Positions 54,104-64,000 of a stretch of 64,000 nt of DNA are shown in pieces (position 1 is the stretch's first letter; each line of letters starts with the position of its first letter). The notes beneath the pieces were generated by a model. The model was given only the letters and a program-made list of their open reading frames with translations, did not search any database and was not told the DNA's origin. This DNA comes from Chrysomallon squamiferum. Taxonomy: Eukaryota; Animalia; Mollusca. The stretch spans positions 4,092,001 to 4,156,000 of the forward strand of contig CM022677.1 of NCBI GenBank assembly GCA_012295275.1, in the 5' to 3' direction. A program made the position numbers and the translations under genes.

Positions 54104-55579
54104 CTGAGAAAAACATTTCAATATTTAATATTACTGTAATCAGGTATAGATTTGTATTGTTGTATTTACCTTTGTTTGTCACCCAGTAGCTGATATATTT
54201 TTCATGCTGGGGTGTCCTTAAACATTCATTCCTTTATTTGTATAGTTTGATAAAAAAAAGTTATTTAACGATGAGCTTTCATTCCTCTCCATTTTAAAAA
54301 AAGAAATGACAACATTTTGTAAGCATATGATATCAGTATATATAATTACAAATGAAAGGACTTCTTTGTAAATTTTAAAATTTGTTTTATCAATTACCAT
54401 TAATTGTTTTTACAATTTTTTTTTATGTTTTCCTTCCATCAAAGCAAAAATCAACAGACACACCTAAGTATCATAATTATACATATACACTTTATGAACA
54501 GGGAAAGACAGTGAAAGAAACAAAGAATGGGAAAGAGAGAATCAGAGATGCAAGGAGAAAATTAGAGATAGTGAGAGAGAAACAAAAAGACTGACATCAT
54601 CACTATACCTGACTTTTGCCTTCTGTTCTTTTACCATCATCTACTCTTATGTTAACTCTTCACACTATGAATGGTTGTCCAAATATCTTACCGTAGATAA
54701 CAAGAAACACATTTTTTTAATTGTTCATAATAATCATTGTTAGTGTTAAAGAACAATGTTACAGATGGGAGAAATATTTACAGAAAAAATTGCCAAAACA
54801 GATATTTACAGATTATATGTTTAGACATACATATCCATAGATAGACACATAGGTAGATTATATAGATAGACAGATAGACTAAGTTACATAAAGTCAGAGC
54901 CTTACAGACACGACAGAAAGCTAGAAAGATAGACAAATATAAAACAAAAGAATACAGAGGTACATAGATACATTTATTCAGAAAGACAAATATAAAACAA
55001 AAGAATACAGAGGTACACAGATACATTTCTTGCCTAATTATCACATATTAATCAAGTTTCTTCTGCTGAACTTAAAAAGCGATTATATGCTTACCTGTTA
55101 TAATTTATCACTAACCTTTTGTCTATAGGACTAAAAAATAACACTCATTTTTGAAGCCTCTAAATGCAGCATAGCGGCTGCAAGTCATAATATACCTCGG
55201 AGGCCAGAATTGTCCTGAGGCCAGAATTACCCCAACTTACTACTAGTTTTAAACAAAATAATTTTAGTGAATTTAGTAAATTCAGTGAATGATCTATATT
55301 CAGGCGACTTGAATTTTGTTTTGTTTTGTTTTTTTGTTTTGTTTAAAGTTTTACTCAACACTCAGTCTTTTTTGTACATTTACCAAAGTGCGTGTTAAAT
55401 AGAGTTGTTTCTCTTAGACCACGAACTTCTGAAATAGATTACTCTTCATTTATTTTAGTTGAAAAAATAGTTAGGAAAGGCACAAGAGATCACGGTCTTG
55501 TAATATGAACAACCATCTTTATCAGTGTAAATCATAAAAAGTTCAGAAAGTGGACGTAAAATAATTGTATTTGGAAGTT

Positions 55580-55650
55580 TAAAAACTTCCGTGACCTCAC
55601 GGAAACTTCCGATCGAAATCCAAGATGGCAGCATCGAACGCCGATCAATA
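55580..55650 (+). promoter_or_regulatory. Promoter-like CpG patch with ETS-like (acttccg, cggaa) and YY1-like (caagatggc) motifs
   Basis: aacttccgtgacctcacggaaacttccgatcgaaatccaagatggcagc; contains the 8-bp inverted repeat ttccgtga/tcacggaa. Confidence 0.35.
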
Positions 55651-55704
55651 TTTACACACTTTTAAACATGTATACCTTTATAATGCAAAAATTCTACATG
55701 GATC

Positions 55705-55945
55705 ATTACAGAGATAAATACAGATAGATTATATAGACAGATATACAGAGATAAATACTGATAGATTATATAGACAGATATACAGAGATAAATACAAATA
55801 GATTATATAAACAGATACACAGAGATAATTACAGATAGATTATAATGAACAGATACATAGAGGTAATTACAGATAGATTATATAGAGAGATATACAGAGA
55901 TAACTACAGACAGATTATAGATTAGATATACAGAAATATATACAG
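55705..55945 (+). repeat. Degenerate about 36-bp repeat (tacagagataaatacagatagattatatagacagata)
   Basis: About 6 copies read directly. Confidence 0.75.
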
Positions 55946-56146
55946 AAGGTCTGAAGTATTATAATTACTTTTTAGATATTCAGGGAGCTGGACATATGAT
56001 TGATAGATGGTTATTGAAGAATAGACGTATAAGCTAGAGAGATAGAGTGATAGGTATATATGTTACTAGTTTGGTAGATTGATTTGTAGACAGACTGACA
56101 GACATATAGATAACCTTGTGTGTTAAGGAATGGGTGTGTGTTTATA

Positions 56147-57425
56147 TACTCTAACAAAAAAGAAATGCAAAAGTAGATTTTATTGACATTGGGAATATCT
56201 ATCTAATGGATCAACAGAAAGCAGCAGAATGTTCACATTTTAACAACACTTTCGCAATTCATTAATATTGATGGTATTACATTGAAAAAATTAAAGTTCA
56301 AGGATATATCAGTATAATATCAATACCTTGTGTGCCCACCAAAACTTCCTGACATCTCTTCCCATGGCAGTAATGAAATTACAAATTACACGTTGAATGG
56401 TGGCCCACTCTGTCTGTAGTAATAATGCCAACTGAGCACGATTCTGTGGCTGTGGTTGATGCTGCCTCAGTCGTCTCGGTATCTCTGTGCCGTTCAGTTG
56501 CCTTGGATGTGAGCCAGATTGGTCCTGCCAGTGTATGAGATTGCTGCCAACACCATCACACTACCACCACCAAATCTCTCCACCTCCTGTATGCAGTTTG
56601 CAGGAAAATGTTCACCACGACGTCTGTAAACTCGACATCTTCCATCAGCTCGACGAAGCTGAAATTGAGCCTCATACTAACCAGACAGTTCTCCATCATA
56701 ACTGAGGCCAGACTCTGTGCACTTGACACTACTGACGTCGTAGTCGACGATGTTGTTGAGTCCAAACCACTCTTCTTACAGGCTGTCTGGCTCAAATACC
56801 TGCCTCGTGTAAAACAATTGGTCACTGTCTGAGTCGATATTCTACGCAGACCTGGTATTGCTGAAGCAGTAGAGGTTGCCGTGGTGGTTCTTTCCCGTAG
56901 ATGAAGTACCCGTATGTAGCAGTCCTGGGCCCTGGTGGTTACACGTGGTCTACCTGATCTGGGACGGTCACTTGTTGTTTGGTGTTGCTGGAACTGATAC
57001 CACAATCTCAAGATGGTGCCTGGGGATACAAGGCTACGGCTGAGAAGGATTTGTCAGCTTGTAAACAGCCGATGGCGTTGTTTCGTTGCAGTTCACTCAG
57101 TCATGGTATTTGTTTGATGTTGGGTCAGAACAAAAATAATGAACAGATGTATTTGAAAACCTTGCATTTTGTTAACCCTCGTATTCAAGTTTCATGTGCC
57201 GCACGTGCACATGCATTGGTAACGTGGTTTGCATGTGGGGACATTTTGGCTAATAAACATGATCATAGCCTTTATTTTGTGTTACCTGCTTGTTGGCGAC
57301 TGTAATTAAAGCTATACGTTTGAATTACCAAATGTCATTATATTCACAGTTTGTACATCGATATGTGTCAGTTTACACAAATTATATAAGAAGTAAACCA
57401 TTTTGCGTTTCTTTTTTGTAGAGTA
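56147..57425 (-). mobile_element. Tc1/mariner DNA transposon, internally deleted, with TIRs and TA target-site duplication
   Basis: Left TA-tactctaacaaaaaagaaatgcaaaa, right ttttgcgtttcttttttgtagagta-TA. The minus strand encodes TTSDRPRSGRPRVTTRAQDCYIR..RISTQTV, DGRCRVYRRRGE..ERFGGGSVMV and the C-terminal RRLRQHQPQPQNRAQLALLLQTEW. The middle of the DDE domain is missing; stops and frameshifts occur. Confidence 0.92.
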
Positions 57426-58041
57426 TATAATATAGATAGATAGATGTATACACACACATACATAACGTATATAGGAATGATAATGTATTTGGGTGTTTAA
57501 AGATGATTAGTATGTGTATGTACCTACATATATGTGTGTGCGTGTGCGTGTGGGTCGAGAGATAAACTGCATAGAAAGTTACGCTAATAAATATCTTGCA
57601 ACCTGAGATGAGAAATTACTCCTTATATCTTGTAGGAGGAGATCGATGTATCAAAAAAAAAAAAAAAATAAAAAATAAATAAATAAATAAATAAATGACA
57701 GATCGGAGCCTGGTTATGCAGAACATTTTGTGATAGTCTGATAAAACAAACTGACGTATGCAGCTTAAACATTTTTTTTGGTTTTTGTTTGTTTGTTTTC
57801 GTTGTTGTTGTTTTTCAAAAATATAATTTGTTTTAGAGACAGGAAAATATGAGATCAGTGTGTTTTTCTGTTATACTGATTATTGTGATAATTACAAGTC
57901 CCGGTAATATCTAGAACTACAGAGTAATATTCTCTTATTTAGATATTTTAAAAGAAAAGGAAACTGTTAGATCAATATGTTATTATCTGTCCTAGTCTAA
58001 TTATACTGATACTTAATCCTCTAATTACTGATGTTTTCTGA

Positions 58042-60150
58042 ACTGAATATTTAAGTTTGCACTATCTAGCCAGGTTTTTAAGTAATTTCAACTTGAAGAT
58101 CATCATGTTTCTTCTAATTAAAAATAACAAAGTCATGGTTAATGCAAATAAAATTTAAATTAGTTAACAGTTTACATTACAAATAAATTATTATTATTAT
58201 TTTTTTATAAAAAATTCTAATTACCTCTAATTACCTACAATTATATTTACACTAATTACCCCCAACAAACTCTGGATTCCCCCATTTTAAATAATATAAA
58301 GAAAACTTTTTGTCACTTTTTTTTTTAATATAAAAATTCCAATTACCCCTAATTACATAATGTTCAATTACATTTACATTAATTACCCCTAATACATTTT
58401 TGATTTCCCTTGATCTAAATAATATTAAAAAGGTAAAAGAATATTTTTATATACATATATATATATAATTACCCCTAATTACATAATTTTCTATTTACAT
58501 GGATTAACCCACGTAAACCCTTGATTTCCCGATTTAAATCATATAAAGAAAAAGAAGCCAAAATAAAATATTTTTTTTTTTATTTTTTATTTTTTTAAAT
58601 TATTTTTTTTTTTTTTTTTTAAATGTATACAAATTCTAATCACCCCTAATTACATAATTTTAAATATATTTACATTGGTTACCCCAGCAAACCATGGATT
58701 TTCCCAAGATATAAGTAATATAAAAAAAAAAAATTATATGATTAAAAAAAATGAACACCATCACATTATTTTAGTTTTTTCACTAAGATGACATTCCACA
58801 GCAATGATGAATCTCCATTCCTCTTTCAGTGAGAAAGATTAGAATAACCAAGCACACATCAATGATAAAAACAGTGCAAGCTGCTATGAAGTACAATGTG
58901 TACACTGGATGTTCTGATCACATTGACAATGCAGTCTCTTGGAGATCACTGAGTTTTCACACCTCGAATCTGTTGTCTAGGATCCTACAACAAAATTAAT
59001 ATTCATTAATAAACTAAACATAAAATAAAGTGAAAGTAGAATTTTTGTTGTCAGATCTAACTGCATTTCACTTTCTTAGCAAGTAGAATTTTAGTCCAAT
59101 TTTATTTTTTCCACACAATTTTAATAATAAAGATAAATTATTAAACCTTTTTATATTCTTAATTTCAATCAGTTTAATATTGTAAATATCTTTCGCCTGT
59201 AGTTAATCTATGTAGTTCAGATTAGAGTGCAATATTAATAACAGCAAATTACAAATGTGCTGTTCACTGCTCTATTAGGCTGACATGTAAATTATTACAA
59301 GGTTTGTTGGTGCATAAACCATTATTACATTCTATTATATCTAAACTAAACATTTAAAATAGCAAGCAAATAGGCATGCTTTATGAAACATGGAAATTAT
59401 TCAGTACAATTCTGTGTATAAAAATAAAATCATCAAAGAAGACAAACAGTGTAAATATTTGAATTTAATTAATTGTTAATGTAATCTGAAAAAATCTGAC
59501 AATTTTCTTATAAAATCTAAAAGATAAATGCAGTTAAACACATTTGACTTAAGCATGAATACAAAAGGAATTAGTACATTTAAATAACTATATTGATGTT
59601 CCTAAAACTGATTAATAAACCCTGATTATCAACCTGTAAATGCCATTTTCTAATTTTGATTATGAATTTATTTTTTTAGTTTCTAAGAAAAACCAAGAAC
59701 AGGGCTGGACTTAAACATTTATGATTTACAACTACTTCTTTATTATTACTAAGTTTCTTTACTCATCAACATTATCTTCTTCCACTCACATTGTTATATT
59801 GAAAAGAAAATCTCCAAAGTGTATTTAAATAATCAGTCCACCCCTGATCATTCTCAACTCTCCTGATTTTTTTATTTTTGTTATATGTTATGAAGAAAAG
59901 AAAATGTGTTACTGATCAATGAAAACATTATGGTATGTCTACAATATCCTTTTATAATACTTCTCAGGGCTTCTTTTTTTTCTTTTTTTTTAAAAAGAGT
60001 AAAAATTGTTGATATTTTCTAGCTATCCATTTTTATTTATAATAATAAATACAGAGACAGAGCTAGTCCAGTTAAGATGGAAACATGAGAGAAAGTAATA
60101 AAAATGAAAAAGTAAAGAGCTGCAGTTCACACAATTAGAAAAACTGCAAA
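58042..60150 (-). repeat. Dispersed repeat family A, copy 3
   Basis: Collinear with 32297-34105, for example ctatctagccaggtttttaagtaatttcaacttgaagat and aaatcatcaaagaagacaaacagtgtaaatattt. Confidence 0.9.
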
Positions 60151-60159
60151 AAGTTAGAT

Positions 60160-60322
60160 ATAATCTAAGTTAACATCTCCAGATATTTTTCAGTGTGAAT
60201 GGAAAAAATAAAACTCCATTTACCAAATATTCACCATTTACACAAAAGTTTTCTTTTCTGGAACCTTAATAATAATTTCAGTCTGTGAGCTTTCCATCTC
60301 ATTTGCAAAATCACCTTCTTGA
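60160..60322 (-). pseudogene. Possible BTB/POZ-domain exon relic
   Basis: Acceptor ttttttttcag then QEGDFANEMESSQTEIIIKVPEKKTFV*MV..IHTEKI, resembling the BTB F..M.ES..EI.I....F..M..IYT pattern. Confidence 0.35.
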
Positions 60323-61116
60323 CTGAAAAAAAAACAAAAAAAACACAAAAAACAACAACATTTCAGATGAAAAATATAAATGCCATCATGAAAGTACTGT
60401 ATTTGTTACACTACTGAAAATATTTCATTCAAAATATAGTAATAACAAACAAAATAAAGTTCAGAGCTGATTTTCTATATTTGTAGTAATGTATCAAGCC
60501 ATTTCATAACTTCAGAAAGGAAGAAAAGAAATCAAATATTACTGTAATTCAAAATAATGTTTGTAAATTTTACAAATTTAAATTCTAATTGAGTAACATA
60601 TATATAAAAAAGAATAATAATAATAAAAATACAATAAACAAAAACTAAATCATTGTGACCCTCCACCACAAAATGAGTTGTATGTCACCAAGAACATATT
60701 TTGGGTTTTTAAGCTTTTCTATAAGTATCTTTTATGCTTTTTTTTGTTGGTGAAAACCATTTTAAAATTGAACAAATATTTCCTGAGATACATGTATTTG
60801 AACATGGTAGCTATTGGTGATTAATTTTTGAGAAAATAGCACTCAAAGGTACACAAAGTTCTTTGTAACATTTTCCCTAGCAACTATTATTGTATGTTGA
60901 TGAAATTTGGCCTGTTTATCCAATTTAGTTCAATAAAAAATTCTTCATTGTTTGATAGCAATATCTATTTTACTTTTTGCACAATGTTTTATTTAAAATG
61001 AGTAAACATGCACCTTTCTAGTGCATCTACAAACAACAGGACAAACAACTAAACAGGACCAACTGGATCACTGTTACTAATTATAGAAATGTTCCTAGGC
61101 AGTTAAAGAATGGTGC

Positions 61117-62117
61117 CACACCAAGCTTTGAACAGACCACACCAAGCTTTGAACAGATCACACCAAGCTTTGAACAGACCACAACATGCACCTTTTGAAC
61201 ACATCACACCATGCTTTGAACAGACCACACCATGCTTTGAACAAATCACACCAAGCTTTGAACAGATCACACCATGCTTTGAACAGATCACACCAACCTT
61301 TGAGCAGATCACACCAAGCTTTGAACAAATCACACCATGCTTTCAACAGACCACACCATGCTTTCAACATATCACACCATGCTTTGTACATATCACACCA
61401 TGCTTTGAACATATCACACCATGCTTTGAACAGACCACACCATGCTTTGAACAAATCACACCAAGCTTTGAACAGATCACACCAACCTTTGAGCAGATCA
61501 CACCAAGCTTTGAACAAATCACACCATGCTTTGAACAGACCACACCATGCTTTCAACATATCACACCAAGCTTTGTACAGACCACACCATGCTTTGAACA
61601 GATCACACCAAGCTTTGAACAAATCACACCATGCTTTGAACAGACCACACCATGCTTTCAACATATCACACCATGCTTTGTACAAATCACGCCATGCTTT
61701 GAACAGACCACACCAACCTTTGAGCAGATCACACCATGCTTTGAACAGATCACACCATGCTTTCAACAGATCACACCAAGCTTTGAACAGATCACACCAA
61801 GCTTTGAACAGATCACACCAAGCTTTGAACAGATCACACCATGCTTTCAACATATCACACCAAGCTTCGAACAGATCACACCAAGCTTTGAACAGATCAC
61901 ACCATGCTTTCAACAGATCACACCAAGCTTTGAACAGGTCACACCAAGCTTTGAACAGATCACACCAAGCTTTGAACAGATCACACCATGCTTTGAACAG
62001 ATCACACCATGCTTTCAACAGATCACACCATGCTTTGAACAGATCACACCAAGCTTTGAACAGATCACACCAAGCTTTGAACAGATCACACCAAGCTTTT
62101 AACAGATCACACCATGC
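61117..62117 (+). repeat. 21-bp minisatellite (cacaccaagctttgaacagat)n, about 47 copies
   Basis: Direct reading; generates the 317-330 aa repeat ORFs on both strands. Confidence 0.97.
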
Positions 62118-62715
62118 TGCACCCACTGATACCAATTAAAAACATTCATTGCATTTCAATTTCTTTTTTAAAATTGTTATAATTAAATTTCTGTGATCAA
62201 ACCTTGAATAACAAAGATATGCTACTTCCTTTATATTAGAACCAAAAAACAAAATATTTTATTTTAAGGAAAACATGTATGTATGTATGGATCATGACAA
62301 TAGGTCCAATTTAAAAACATGTTGTTTTCTAATATTTAATTACTGTACAATGCTTTCATACAATACACTGAAATAGACTGACACACTTCGAGTCTCATAA
62401 TGTTAAGTCTCACCCCCCAGTAAATAATAATACAAATTAAAAATCCAGTTGTAGTCTGTTATTATGTAAACATTAATAATAAGAAGAAAAACATGAAAAA
62501 GAAACCTAGCCACTAATAAGTAGTTTTTTACAGCAGATAATTTGTTCATAATTTGTTAGAAATATGCCCTGAAAATACTTGAAAGCATGCATAAAAGTTC
62601 TGTACATATTTATGTTGTAATTATTATATTCCCTCTATGAAAGCTTGAATTATCAAGAGAGCCATAAATCATAGTAATAATGGAATGTTATTTATATACA
62701 GTATATAGCTTTTGC

Positions 62716-62862
62716 TTATAAATACAATGCATGTTTTGTTACTGCAAAAATGGAAATGCTGAATTGACTTCATTCCTTTCTGAGGACAAAACCACCCACT
62801 GAATTACACCTGCCAGTCATGTACTGTCACACGCACATCTCCGCTTTCAAAACATACAACCT
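62716..62862 (-). mobile_element. Third fragment of the Sola-like transposase (C-terminal YDW..QHF region)
   Basis: Near-identical to 41150-41295 (gttactgcaaaaatggaaatgctgaattgacttcattcctttctgaggacaaaaccacccactgaattacacctgccagtc). Confidence 0.85.
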
Positions 62863-62869
62863 GGGCACG

Positions 62870-63009
62870 GGTGATTATTATCTGAGTAGTAGCTATTATC
62901 TCTCTTGCTGCTAATAACACACACACACACACACACACATTATCACACAATTATCTCTATTATTATCTGACACATTATAGCAATCAATTATCTCTATTGC
63001 TGCTATAAT

Positions 63010-63048
<39 letters not shown>

Positions 63049-63167
63049 TTATCTGAGCAGTATCAATTATCTCTGTTGCTGCTATAATCTCAGACACACA
63101 CACACACACAGACACACACACACACTATTATCTGAGCAGTATCAATTATCTCTATTGCTGCTATAAT

Positions 63168-63206
<39 letters not shown>

Positions 63207-63311
63207 TTATCTGAGTAGTAGTAATTACTTCTATTGCTGCTATAATCTCACACACACACACATACACTATTATCTGAGCAGTAGCAATTATCTCTATTGC
63301 TGCTATAATCT

Positions 63312-63342
<31 letters not shown>

Positions 63343-63700
63343 ACACACACACTATTATCTGAGCAGTATCAATTATCTCTATTGCTGCTATAATCACACA
63401 CACACACACACACACTATTATCTGAGCAGTAGCAATTATCTCTATTGCTGCTATAATCTCACACACACACACACACACACACAGACACACACACACACTA
63501 TTATCTGAGTAGTAGTAATTACTTCTATTGCTAATACACTCACACACACACATGCACACACACACACAGACTATTATCAGAGCTATTATTACTATTGATG
63601 ATATACACACACTCACTCTCAAGAATATAAATATAAGTAAAGCTGAAATTAGAAAATTAATTATAAAAGGCAGAAAGAGTCTCAGAGAGTAAACATGAGA
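62870..63700 (+). repeat. Compound repeat: ctattatctgagcagtagcaattatctctattgctgctataatct alternating with (CA)n
   Basis: About 10 units; the 3' flank is shared with 1355-1560. Confidence 0.9.
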
Positions 63701-63934
63701 ACAAAAACAAAAAGGAAACAAGCAGTTTATACAGATTTAAATACTTAATAAGAAATACATAATAAATGAAAATCAGCTATTAAGAAACTTTGCAATTGTA
63801 TTTTAACTATCGGGAGAAAAAGAAAAAAAGAAATAGAAAAAATATAATAATCTGAAATTTGTCTAATCTAGATAGTTACATAATGAAATACACAAGTTTG
63901 TGTATGTAATATATATATATATATACATACATAC

Positions 63935-64000
<66 letters not shown>

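Noticed and set aside
60660-61020. Possible DNA-transposon terminal region
   Set aside because: It resembles such sequences only in general texture; no matching partner TIR was found in the window.
61110-62139. 317-330 aa ORFs as protein-coding genes
   Set aside because: They are entirely translations of a 21-bp minisatellite, open on both strands.

Overview
AT-rich, intron-containing eukaryotic (metazoan, probably lophotrochozoan or mollusc-like) genomic DNA, dense in micro- and minisatellites. I find no clearly intact protein-coding gene. The window is a mosaic of truncated, disabled, intron-retaining fragments of unrelated genes: an RI/NLR-type LRR gene (-), the 3' half of MCC (+), three EGFR-family kinase exons (-), TSP1-repeat exons (-) and a possible BTB exon (-). 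These are interleaved with transposon relics: an intron-containing Sola-like/DUF7869-type DDE transposase in three pieces, a Copia-like integrase fragment, and an internally deleted Tc1 element with TIRs and TA duplications. Dispersed 1.5-2 kb repeats recur in both orientations. Several tandem arrays have grown directly out of exon sequence or splice sites. Most ORFs in the supplied track are translations of simple repeats. All protein assignments come from manual translation and remembered family motifs; no database search was run.
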